Shown here piece by piece: positions 9,983 through 18,775 of a DNA stretch of 64,000 nucleotides; the first letter of the stretch is position 1; each line of letters begins with the position of its first letter. A program made the translations under genes and the position numbers. The DNA is from Acidobacteriota bacterium (GTDB lineage Bacteria; Acidobacteriota; Vicinamibacteria; Fen-336): positions 163,762-227,761 of the forward strand of contig QHVM01000082.1 of NCBI GenBank assembly GCA_003223555.1. The letters run 5' to 3'. The notes beneath the pieces were generated by a model, which worked only from the letters and a program-made list of their open reading frames with translations, was not told where the DNA came from and ran no database searches.

Positions 9983-11524
9983 ATGGTATCAGGGACCCTC
10001 ATGCTGACCGACCTCGCGATCACTCCCATCAGCGAGACGCTGCGCAACCTGTCGATCGACCGGCGCAGCGGCGACCTCCAGGTCCAGTCGGGGCGCACCG
10101 TCAAGACGGTGTTCTTCGACCATGGCCGCATCGTCTTCGCGGCCAGCAACCTCAAGAAGGACCGGCTGGGGGAGTCGCTGGTGGCCCTGGGGCGGATCAC
10201 CGACGAGGAGTTCAACCGCGCCTCGGCGCTGCTCCGGGAAGAGGGTCGAAAGCGCCGCTTCGGGGACGCCCTCGTCCACGCGGGGGTCCTGGACAAGAAC
10301 GAGGTCGGGCGCTCGGTGGCCCGGCAGGTGGACCGCATCGTGCGCTCGCTGTTCGAGCTGACGGAAGGGGTGACCGCCTTCGAGGACCGCCGCTCGGCCA
10401 TCCCGCTCGAGTACATGGTGAGCCTCTCCGTCCACCGCATGCTCTACGACGGCATCCGCCTGATGACGAGCCCCGAGCTGGTAGCGGCCGGCCTCGGCGA
10501 CCTCGACCGCCGCGTGAGCATGGTGGCCATCACCCCCTTCGCCTTCGACATGAAGGGCTGCCCGCCCGAAGAGCGGGAGATCCTCGAGCAGGCGCGGCGC
10601 AAGGTGACGCTGCGGCGGCTGGCCTGGGAGCCGGGCGGCCTGTCCTTCGCCCGCCTGCGCGCCTGTTACGCGCTCCTCGCCTCGGGCGTCCTGGAGGACG
10701 CCGAGCGCGCCGCCGATCCCGCCGAGCAGCCGGTCGTGCAGATGGAGACGGGTACTTTCCTGCTGTCCGCGCTCCGCCTCCAGCCCGACCCCTCCTCGCG
10801 GGACGCCATCCGGCAGGAGCTGGACGACGAGCTGGAGCGCTCGGCCCACCTCGACCGGGAGATGTGGCTGAAGGTCTCCCGCAACGCGCCCCGCGAGGAG
10901 CTCATCAAGGCGCTCGAGGACAAGATGGAGCGCTACCACACGCTGCTCGACGCGGCCGGGGACGACGAGGCGCTGAAGACCGACCTCGAGGTGATCCTGG
11001 GCCGAGCCTCCGCGATGCTGCGCCTGGCCCGCCAGGCGCCCGCCCCCCCCGCGCCGGCCGCTTCCGCGGCGCCGTCCGAGCCGGTCCCGGCCAATGAGGC
11101 GCGGACCGCCGACGGCGCTTTCGCCGGCGCGGCCCAGCTCGAGCACCTGCTGCTCGAGGGCGAGGTGCGGATGACCGTGTCCGACTACGCCAACGCCGTC
11201 CGCGTCTATGAGAAGCTCGTCGACCTCGCCCCGCGCGTGGCCGCCCACCGGGTGAGGCTGGCCATCGCCATGGCCAGCTACCCGCGCACCGCCAAGCAGG
11301 CGGAGCGTGAGTTCCTCGACGCGCTGCGCCTGGAGCCGAACAACGCCGACATCCATTACCAGTTCGGCCTCTACTACAAGGTGATGAAGCAGCGGGCGCG
11401 GGCCCTGGCCGAGATGCAGGCGGCCGTGCGCCTCAACCCGCGCCACCGCCTGGCCCGGGCGGAGCTGGAGGTGCTGTCGCCCAAGGACAGTGCGCTCCTC
11501 AACCTGAAGAAGCTGTTCAAGTAA
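9983..11524 (+). CDS. DUF4388-like N-terminal domain protein with C-terminal TPR repeats
   Basis: SGDLQV...KTVFFDHGRIVFAASN...RLGESLVALG; TPR-like C-terminus (ALRLEPNNADIHYQFGLYY); start may be 10001. Confidence 0.7.
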   Translation: MVSGTLMLTDLAITPISETLRNLSIDRRSGDLQVQSGRTVKTVFFDHGRIVFAASNLKKDRLGESLVALGRITDEEFNRASALLREEGRKRRFGDALVHAGVLDKNEVGRSVARQVDRIVRSLFELTEGVTAFEDRRSAIPLEYMVSLSVHRMLYDGIRLMTSPELVAAGLGDLDRRVSMVAITPFAFDMKGCPPEEREILEQARRKVTLRRLAWEPGGLSFARLRACYALLASGVLEDAERAADPAEQPVVQMETGTFLLSALRLQPDPSSRDAIRQELDDELERSAHLDREMWLKVSRNAPREELIKALEDKMERYHTLLDAAGDDEALKTDLEVILGRASAMLRLARQAPAPPAPAASAAPSEPVPANEARTADGAFAGAAQLEHLLLEGEVRMTVSDYANAVRVYEKLVDLAPRVAAHRVRLAIAMASYPRTAKQAEREFLDALRLEPNNADIHYQFGLYYKVMKQRARALAEMQAAVRLNPRHRLARAELEVLSPKDSALLNLKKLFK

Positions 11525-11527
11525 TCT

Positions 11528-11890
11528 CGAATGCGGGCGAGCTACGCTCCGCATGGGTCTTCGTCATGCGCGCTCGCGGGAATGAATCCCGCTGCGCGCG
11601 CTGAAGGAAATGCTCCGCTGCGCTCGCCCGAACGCCGGGGATCGAAGCGGTCTCGCCCTGCGGGCGAGCTACGCTCCGCATGGGTCTTCGTCATGCGCGC
11701 TCGCGGGAATGAATCCCGCGGCGCGCACTGAAGGAAATGCTCCGCTGCGCTCGCCCGAACGCCGGGGATCGAAGCGGTTTCGCCCTGCGGGCGAGCTACG
11801 CTCCGCATGGGTCTTCGTCATGCGCGCTCGCGGGAATGAATCCCGCGGCGCGCACTGAAGGAAATGCTCCGCTGCGCTCGCCCGAACGCC
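11528..11890 (+). repeat. Tandem array of ~2.8 copies (period 127 bp) of the structured intergenic element
   Basis: Units start at 11532, 11659 and 11786 and are near-identical; outer arms CGGGCGAGC/GCTCGCCCG; central hairpin with ATGAA loop. Confidence 0.95.
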
Positions 11891-11932
11891 AGGGAACGGG
11901 CGAAGCGGCGCTTCCTCGCTTTGCTTGCTGCG

Positions 11933-12784
11933 CTACCGGACCGCGAAGAGCAGCAGGCCGAACGGGGCCACGGCGGCCATGATCAGTACCGGGTCGGCGA
12001 GCAGCAGAGCCTGGACGAGGAACGGAAAGGCCACCACCAGGAGGACGATCCCCGGAAGGGGTCCGGCAACCGACCCCAGCCGGCCGGCCAGCGTCTCGCG
12101 GTTTCCGGCCACGCCGCTCCTGCGCGCGACGATGGCGGCGCCGAGCAACATCGCTCCCCAGGCGATCCACGCCCGGCGAGCCGTGAAGAGCGCTTCGGCG
12201 GAGGTGGCTCGCCAGAGGACGCCCACCGCGAGCAGGGCCAGGACCGAGCCCAGGGCGAGGCCGCCGCGGCGCAGCGCCTCCCGGGTCGGGCGGCCCGATC
12301 CCGCCCACCACTCGGCGCCGAGCGTGTACGAGCCGACGATGACCGCCCAGCCCACGAAGTTGCCGACGGGCACGCCGAGCCACGCGGCCGGTGGCGTCCA
12401 CCGCCAGAGCCCGTCCCGCACCGCCACCGGCTCCATGGCCAGGTCCACCGCGATCGCGAGAAGGGCGGCCGCGAGTGCTCGTCGGGCCGGCGTGGCGCTC
12501 CCGCGGCGGACGGCCACCGCCATGGCGCACGAGATGACGGCCGCCCATACCGCTACCACGGCCAGGGGCACGCCGCCGGGGGCGACCCGCCAGGACGATG
12601 GGTACTCGTGCGCGGCGAAGGCCGCGATGGCGGCGATCTCCAGCGCGTATCCATAGGCGGCGAGGGCGAGAAGCTCTCCCGCGGCCCGCCGTCCGCCGAG
12701 GGCGCGGCGGGCGTGGATGAAGGCGAGGGCCAGTGCCGCCGGCGCGACGAGAAGCTCGTAGGCTCCCGCCGGCAACCGGCTCAA
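11933..12784 (-). CDS. CruF/DUF422-like carotenoid-biosynthesis family membrane protein
   Basis: ALE...GVPLAV...W, DLAMEPVAV...WRW and GVPVGNFVGW motifs; TTG start overlaps the upstream stop (TTGA, 12784-12781). Confidence 0.7.
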   Translation of the reverse strand: MSRLPAGAYELLVAPAALALAFIHARRALGGRRAAGELLALAAYGYALEIAAIAAFAAHEYPSSWRVAPGGVPLAVVAVWAAVISCAMAVAVRRGSATPARRALAAALLAIAVDLAMEPVAVRDGLWRWTPPAAWLGVPVGNFVGWAVIVGSYTLGAEWWAGSGRPTREALRRGGLALGSVLALLAVGVLWRATSAEALFTARRAWIAWGAMLLGAAIVARRSGVAGNRETLAGRLGSVAGPLPGIVLLVVAFPFLVQALLLADPVLIMAAVAPFGLLLFAVR

Positions 12785-15700
12785 CGCCGAGCCCGTTCGG
12801 CGATCCCGAAGCCGCTCCGGCCGGCGCCCTCGTACCGGGTGAAGCTCTCGTCGAGGACCAGCCGCCAGGGCCGGCCGGCGAGATGGCGGCCGGGGCGGCT
12901 CTCGGGCTGGACGGGCACGCTCAGCGTCGAGACGACCGTGCCCCTGACGTGCAGGGCGGGACCGGCGTCGGTCGTCACCTCGAGCTCGACCGAGCGGGGC
13001 CGGCCGGCGTCCTCGACCCAGGCGTGCTCCACGCGCGTGACCCGCTCGAGCGCTCCTCCGCGCCAGAGGAAGCCCCCCTCCACCATCCGGCCGCGCAGGC
13101 ACACCGCCAGCGCGTGCAGCGCGACGTCCTCGCCCAGGCGCACGGTGAAGAGGCCCCAGTGGTCGGCGGCGTCCCAGTCGCGGCGGCCGGCGGAGTGGTC
13201 GCGGCTCCCCGTTCCCACGAAGGTGAAGCGCCGCCCGTCCACCACGACCTCGCCCTCCGCCGTCCCCGACTGCTCGACGTGATGGGCGCCGAGCGGCTCC
13301 AGGAAGCGTCGGGTGTCCTCGTCGACGATGGCGCACAGGTCGACGGCCGGGGTCGTCGGCCGGAAGGCGAGGTCGATCGTCGCCTCCACGGTGCGCGGCG
13401 CGAGCAGCACCGGGAGGGGGCCGGGCGGGAAGGCGTCGGCCTCGTGCTCGGCGAGGCGCGTCGCCGCCCGCAGGCGCGGCGGCCTCCAGCCCCCGGCCAG
13501 GCCCGCCACGGCCAGCGCGCCCTCGTCCCGGCGGCCGTCGCCGCGCTCCAGCGCGAAGAGAAGCTTCCCGTCGGGCAGGAGAAGGGCGAGGACCCCCTCG
13601 CCCCGTCCGCCCGCCTTGAGCCCGAGAGAGCACACGATGCCGAGACGGCTCGTGGGGTCGAAGAGGTTGAAGTACACGCTCTCCCGCGCCAGGGGGTGAT
13701 CGTCCAGCGCGGGGAAGTCCTCTCCGGGCGCCGGAGGCCAGGCGAGGGCCCCGCGCGCGCTCGCGCCCGCTTCGGCCGGCCACGGCACGATCCGTCCCGC
13801 GCCGCCGTCGACCAGGATGCGCTGGCCGCCGCGGATGCGGCGCGTGGCATCGCGCACGTCCACGACGCACGGCACGCCCAGCTCCCGGGCCACGACCGCG
13901 CCGTGCGAAAGCAGGCCCCCCATCTCGGCCACCGCCCCGGCGGCGGAGGCGAGCAAGGGGCCGAGGGCCGCGTCGAGCACCGGCGCCACCAGCACCTCGC
14001 CCGGCTCGATCCGCGCCGTCTCGCCCTGGCGCACCACGCGCGCGGGCCCGACGCCGATGCCCGCGCTCACGCCGAGGCCGGCCAGGTCGCCTTCCGCCGG
14101 GGGCGCCGCCCCGGGGGCCGAGAAGTCGACCTCCCGCGGCGCGGCCAACGCGGCTTCGCGCTCCCAGCGGCGCCGGCGGCGCGCGACCGCCGGCCGGGAC
14201 ACGGCCGCCCCCCGCAGGGCCGCGCCCAGCTCGCCCGCGGTCAGGAAGAAGACGTCGTCCTCGGCCGCCAGCGCGCCGGTGGCGGCCAGCCGGCTCGCCG
14301 CCGCGCGCGCGATGTCCCGGCCGTGCTGGACGAGGACGACGGCGAGCGACTTCGTCGCTTCCCGCCGGGTCACCCATTCCCGCGCCGAGGCCAGGCCGCG
14401 CCGGAAGAGGGCCGCCCGCAGCGGCCCCAGCCGCGAGGCGATGGCCGCCTCGTCCGCGCGTCCGAGCTGCCCGGCGGCCCGGGCCCGGAACCCCGGCGGC
14501 CGCGCCGAGGACAGCCGCGCCTGCAAGGCGGCGAGCAGCGGCGAAGGATCGTCCTCCCAGGTGGGCGAGCGCAGCTCTCCTTCGGAGAGGCCGCGATGGC
14601 CCCACCGGCGCAGGAGATCGGCCAGGCGGGCGCGCAGCGCGGGCGGCGCGTCGCCCCGGCGCAGCGCCGCGGTGGCTCGAGCCGTCGGCTGGGCGAGCCA
14701 GGCCACCCATTCCAGATGCGCGGGCGCCTCCCCGGCGAGGACTTCCAGCGCCGCGACCGGGGCCGCGCTGTCGAGGCCGGCCAGGCCGGTCACGAGGCGG
14801 TTCACGCGAGGCGCGGCCTCGCCCGGCGCGAGGAGCGCGAGCAGCCGGGCCAGCAGCGCCAGCCGCACGCCGCACGCGCCCGAAGTGGCGACGTGGGCGG
14901 TGGCGACGAGGAGGCCGGTCCGCTCGAGGCCTTCGAGCATTGCGGCGAGCTCGTCCGCGCGGGCGGCCGCGACCGCTGCCCGTGACGGCCGGCGGGCGAG
15001 GGCCTGCTGCGCAGAGGCGATCTCTTCGGGCAGCCCTCGCGCCATCACCCGCAGCCGGGCCAGCACCCTGGCCAGCCGCGGCCAGGCGCTGACGGGCAGA
15101 CGGACCCGCTGCGCGGCGCCGCCGCCGAGGACCAGGCGCTCGACGTCGTCGCTCGCGAGGCCGGGCAGGCCGCGGCCGATCTCGAGGCAGAGGGAGAGGT
15201 TGAGGTAGACGCGCTCGCGGTGCAGCACCAGGAACGGTGGAGCATCGGCGGGAAGCAGCCCGGCTCGGCTCGCCACGTCGCGGAAGGCCTGCTCGAGGAG
15301 CGCCACCACCGTCGAGGCGGTCAGGGGGGTCACCGGATCGGGCAGCACCTCGCCGACGTTGGCGCGCGTGAGGCGCCGCAGGCGAGGGTCGCGGGGCGCC
15401 TCGCCCCCGGCGGTGATGGGCCGGGACTGCAGCAGCACGACGCCGCCCGAGCTGACCGCCCATTCCACGTCCTGGGGTCCGCCCAGCAGATCCTCGACCC
15501 GGCGCGCCAGGCGGAAGACGGTCGCCAGGTCGGGCGCGGGGAGGCTTCCCGTGGCCGGTCCCTCCCGTAGCGCTCCCGTCTCGCGGTCGAGGACGTATCG
15601 GTCGGGTCGCACCGAGCCCGATACCACCGCCTCGCCCCGGCCCGGGTGGGACTCGACGAGCATCGCGTCCGGCTCGGCGGGATGGCGGGTGAAGACGACC

Positions 15701-16119
15701 CCGGCCGCGCGCGGCTCTACGAAGCGCTGGACGAGGACGGCCGGGACGGTCAGGCTGCCGTCGACGGCCAGCCCCATGACGCGCGCGTAACCGGCCGCCG
15801 CTTCCGCCGAGCGACGCACCGCTTCGACGGCCGGGACGAGCACCTCGGCGCTCACGTCGAGCAGCGTGCGGTACTGGCCGGCGAAGCTGGCTTCGGCGGT
15901 GTCCTCGACGAGAGCCGACGAGCGTACGGCCACCCGCCCGCCGAGGCGGGCGGCGGCGGAGAGGAGGGCCGTCTCGCCGCCCTCGCCGATGACCTCGTCC
16001 GCGGCGACGACGAAACCGTCGGGGACGGGCAGGCCCGCTTGCCGGAGGCGGGCGAGGACGAACGCCTTGCCTCCGACGTGGAGGCGGTCAGCTTCGCCGA
16101 TCTCGTCCAGCCAGATCAC
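12781..16119 (-). CDS. PEP-synthase/rifampin-phosphotransferase-like dikinase (ATP-grasp + central domain + His swivel) with an extra ~300-aa C-terminal domain
   Basis: VGGKA, VAVRSSALVED-SFAGQY, GPQDVEWA, LQSRPIT, GGLLSHGAVVARELGVP; C-terminal ESVYFN...HVEQSG...GSRDHSAG. Confidence 0.8.
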   Translation of the reverse strand: MIWLDEIGEADRLHVGGKAFVLARLRQAGLPVPDGFVVAADEVIGEGGETALLSAAARLGGRVAVRSSALVEDTAEASFAGQYRTLLDVSAEVLVPAVEAVRRSAEAAAGYARVMGLAVDGSLTVPAVLVQRFVEPRAAGVVFTRHPAEPDAMLVESHPGRGEAVVSGSVRPDRYVLDRETGALREGPATGSLPAPDLATVFRLARRVEDLLGGPQDVEWAVSSGGVVLLQSRPITAGGEAPRDPRLRRLTRANVGEVLPDPVTPLTASTVVALLEQAFRDVASRAGLLPADAPPFLVLHRERVYLNLSLCLEIGRGLPGLASDDVERLVLGGGAAQRVRLPVSAWPRLARVLARLRVMARGLPEEIASAQQALARRPSRAAVAAARADELAAMLEGLERTGLLVATAHVATSGACGVRLALLARLLALLAPGEAAPRVNRLVTGLAGLDSAAPVAALEVLAGEAPAHLEWVAWLAQPTARATAALRRGDAPPALRARLADLLRRWGHRGLSEGELRSPTWEDDPSPLLAALQARLSSARPPGFRARAAGQLGRADEAAIASRLGPLRAALFRRGLASAREWVTRREATKSLAVVLVQHGRDIARAAASRLAATGALAAEDDVFFLTAGELGAALRGAAVSRPAVARRRRRWEREAALAAPREVDFSAPGAAPPAEGDLAGLGVSAGIGVGPARVVRQGETARIEPGEVLVAPVLDAALGPLLASAAGAVAEMGGLLSHGAVVARELGVPCVVDVRDATRRIRGGQRILVDGGAGRIVPWPAEAGASARGALAWPPAPGEDFPALDDHPLARESVYFNLFDPTSRLGIVCSLGLKAGGRGEGVLALLLPDGKLLFALERGDGRRDEGALAVAGLAGGWRPPRLRAATRLAEHEADAFPPGPLPVLLAPRTVEATIDLAFRPTTPAVDLCAIVDEDTRRFLEPLGAHHVEQSGTAEGEVVVDGRRFTFVGTGSRDHSAGRRDWDAADHWGLFTVRLGEDVALHALAVCLRGRMVEGGFLWRGGALERVTRVEHAWVEDAGRPRSVELEVTTDAGPALHVRGTVVSTLSVPVQPESRPGRHLAGRPWRLVLDESFTRYEGAGRSGFGIAERARR

Positions 16120-16143
16120 GCCGGGGCCGGGCGTACCGGCTCT

Positions 16144-16659
16144 CTAGCGGGGACTCGACGGGGCGGCAGGGCTTCCGGAGGGCGTGATGGTGAAGGTCTT
16201 CTCTCCCGCCTTCGCCCCTCCGGCCCAGATCTCCACGCGATGGGTGCCGGCCGGCCAGGCCGACGTGTCCTTGGCTCGGAAATTGACCACGTTGGCCCCG
16301 GGCGGGACCACCAGCTGGTCGTCTCCTTCTCCGGCCCCGGTGGGGGAATACCAGGAGAGCTTGACCTCGGTCCCGGGGGAGATCGCGCTCACCTTCAGGG
16401 AGACGAAGAGGGGGTTGCCCTGGGCGAAAGCGGCGCCGGCCGCGGACACGCTTCCATCGGGAGCGAGGCTGTGGCCGAGCACGACCGAATCCATGAGCAC
16501 AGTCCGCGCCGCCTCGGCCACGCCGCCTGCGGGCGCCCCGGCCGGGACGGCGGACGCCGCCGGCGCCGGCGTGGGGGCGGGCTCGTTGCGGGAGCAGCCG
16601 CCCGAGCCGGCGAGCGTGGCAAGGCCCAGGGCGGCAACGCCGATTCTTGCGTTCATCAT
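16144..16659 (-). CDS. Putative lipoprotein
   Basis: Signal peptide ending in GGC, Pro/Ala linker, small beta-rich domain; GGAGG upstream. Confidence 0.6.
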   Translation of the reverse strand: MMNARIGVAALGLATLAGSGGCSRNEPAPTPAPAASAVPAGAPAGGVAEAARTVLMDSVVLGHSLAPDGSVSAAGAAFAQGNPLFVSLKVSAISPGTEVKLSWYSPTGAGEGDDQLVVPPGANVVNFRAKDTSAWPAGTHRVEIWAGGAKAGEKTFTITPSGSPAAPSSPR

Positions 16660-16740
16660 GAGGCTCCTCCCTCCGATTCTATGCTCTCGGGGACGGCGCC
16701 GGCAGCCCTGCGCACGCTCGGCGCGGGCCGCGGTCCCCGC

Positions 16741-17634
16741 TCAGCTCATCGGCCCCTGCGCGATGCGCTCCAGGATCGCGATCGGGGCCTTGTCGGGCAG
16801 GACCAGGGTGGCCCGCGCCACGAGGAACGTCTGCTCGAGGGCGTAGCGTCCCCTCAGCACGGCGTGGGAGACCATGTCGGTGAACACCATCCACGTCGAG
16901 CCGGCCGGGAACTCCACCTGGCGCTTCTCGACCGAGCGCTGGAACTCCGCGCTCTCCTTCAGGTGATGATGGAAGGAGAGCATGAAGCGGTCGTAGGGGG
17001 AGCGCACGGACACGTCCAGCCCCGCCCATCGCGCCAGCCTGCGCAGCCGGTCGGCGAGGCCGTCCCGCCGTGCCCGCTCAACCAGGGCCGGCGGCGCGAA
17101 GCGGGGCGCGATCTGCTCGAAGGTGCCCCCCGTGAGCCATACCCGCGCCTCGGCCGGGTTGACGTTGGTGAAGAGGCGCAGGATCCGGTCGCCCCGGGTC
17201 GGCCGGGTGGGGAAGGCGTCGACGTGCAGCAGGTCGTTGCGCGACCGGCGCGGCAGCTCCCGCCCCTCCTCCTCCTCGGGCCGGAAGCTCGCCAAGTCGA
17301 CCCTCCAGCTCCGCGCGTAACGCGGCAGGAGCCACGCCGCGAACTCCGTGGCCCGCCGCGAATAGAGCCGGAGGGCGCCGCGCAGCCGCTCGGCGTCGGC
17401 GCTCGTTCCGCGGGCGAACCCGGTCACCCGGTCCTGGGCCGGGCGGTAGGCGATGTTCTTGTGGTAGCCCGCCCCGCTCTGGCGCTGAGCGAGGAGGACC
17501 GCGCGTTCCGCCTCCGGCAGCTCGAACGGCGATCCAGGGAAGAAGAGGATCCGTCCCTCCTCGAGGGCCCGGCAGTAGTCGATCTCACGCGCCGGTGAAG
17601 GATCGGCCACCGTCTCCACGAGGGGAAGGACCAT
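16741..17634 (-). CDS. Kdo hydroxylase family dioxygenase (KdoO-like)
   Basis: HKNIAY, ASFRP, LLHVDAFPTRPTRGDRILRLFTNVNP, RSPYDRFM, FTDMVSHAVL-GRYALEQT. Confidence 0.8.
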   Translation of the reverse strand: MVLPLVETVADPSPAREIDYCRALEEGRILFFPGSPFELPEAERAVLLAQRQSGAGYHKNIAYRPAQDRVTGFARGTSADAERLRGALRLYSRRATEFAAWLLPRYARSWRVDLASFRPEEEEGRELPRRSRNDLLHVDAFPTRPTRGDRILRLFTNVNPAEARVWLTGGTFEQIAPRFAPPALVERARRDGLADRLRRLARWAGLDVSVRSPYDRFMLSFHHHLKESAEFQRSVEKRQVEFPAGSTWMVFTDMVSHAVLRGRYALEQTFLVARATLVLPDKAPIAILERIAQGPMS

Positions 17635-17644
17635 CGCGGCGAGC

Positions 17645-18775
17645 CTACCACGGCCGGGTGAGGAACTCCCAGACGAAGGCCACCGTGAGGAAGGAGAGCA
17701 GCACCTGCGCCGACTGCGGGGAGCGGACCTTCAGGCGGTGCCAGGCTCCGGCGGCCAGCAGCAGCACCGGGAGCATCAGCAGCAGTACGCCGCCGGCGGC
17801 GCCGAAGCCGAGCCGGTCGGCCCACGGCGCCAGGGGCGCCGCCCGGAGCACTCCGCCGTAGAGCAGCTGGAGATGCAGCACGTAGACGAGCAGCGTCTCG
17901 TGCCCGATGAGGGCGAGCGCCGCGATGCCCGGCCACTCTCGCCGGGCCGCCGTTTCCATCCCGAGCAGGAGCAGCAGCAGGCCGCCGAGACGGAGCAGCG
18001 CGTAGCCGGGCGACGGCCCCCAGAAATCGACCCGGCCTCTCAGCGCCAACGAGATGGCGGCGCCGGCGACGAGCAGCCCGCCGCCCCAGACGAGAGCCCG
18101 GCGGGCGCGCGTGGCCGCGCCCTGCCGGCCCAGGGCCGAGCCGGCGACCGTCCCCGCCAGCACGAAGGCGGAGAAGGGGAACACCGGGAAGGGCGAGGGG
18201 GCGGCCTGGGCGTCGAAGTAGGCGCCGGCGGCCAGGGGCAGCCGGCGCGACAGGTCCGAGGCCCACACGAAGGGAGTGGCGGCGAGCACGGCCAGCGTCA
18301 GCGCGCCCGCCGCTCCCACCCAGCGCCGGCCGGCCACCCATTGCAGGGCGAGGACGAAGAGCTGGCTCACCGCGATCACGTGCAGGGCGTTGCACGAGAG
18401 GGCATGGGCCTTCTCGGCCGGGGTGCCCTGCAGCACCGTCTTCCACAGCGACAGGTAGGGAAGGTTCAGGGCGTAGCCGACGCCGAGGATGAAGAACAGC
18501 CGGCGTGCGCGCCGGAGGCTGGCCCGGGCCGACAGGGGAGCGCGGGGCAGGCCGGCCACGAACCCGGAGGCAAACAGGAACCCCGGCGCGGTCGAGCCAT
18601 GGAAGAGGAGCTGGAGCTGGTAGAGGGGATCCGCGCGGGCGGCCGGGGACAGCAGCGTCTCGGCGAGGTGGCCCTGGACCATGACGAGGGCCACCAGCCC
18701 CCGGAACGCATCGATGTAGATCTCGCGGCGGGCGCGGGGGCGCGCGCGCCGCTCAGGCCCGACCCACTGCCTCAG
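17645..18775 (-). CDS. DUF1624/HGSNAT-like membrane acyltransferase family protein (start uncertain)
   Basis: REIYIDAFRG...MVQGH, APGFLFASG, NALHVI, FPVFP, LLVYVLH; the conserved N-terminal motif lies upstream of the first GTG (18694). Confidence 0.65.
   Translation of the reverse strand: MRQWVGPERRARPRARREIYIDAFRGLVALVMVQGHLAETLLSPAARADPLYQLQLLFHGSTAPGFLFASGFVAGLPRAPLSARASLRRARRLFFILGVGYALNLPYLSLWKTVLQGTPAEKAHALSCNALHVIAVSQLFVLALQWVAGRRWVGAAGALTLAVLAATPFVWASDLSRRLPLAAGAYFDAQAAPSPFPVFPFSAFVLAGTVAGSALGRQGAATRARRALVWGGGLLVAGAAISLALRGRVDFWGPSPGYALLRLGGLLLLLLGMETAARREWPGIAALALIGHETLLVYVLHLQLLYGGVLRAAPLAPWADRLGFGAAGGVLLLMLPVLLLAAGAWHRLKVRSPQSAQVLLSFLTVAFVWEFLTRPW

Noticed and set aside
11532..11890. 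CRISPR array
   Set aside because: Units are ~105 bp with near-identical linkers rather than unique spacers, and there are no cas genes; the same applies to 42024-42271.
11531..11982. Small ORFs in the repeat arrays (also 42023-42401)
   Set aside because: They are translations of the repeat in shifting frames, with no RBS or protein features.
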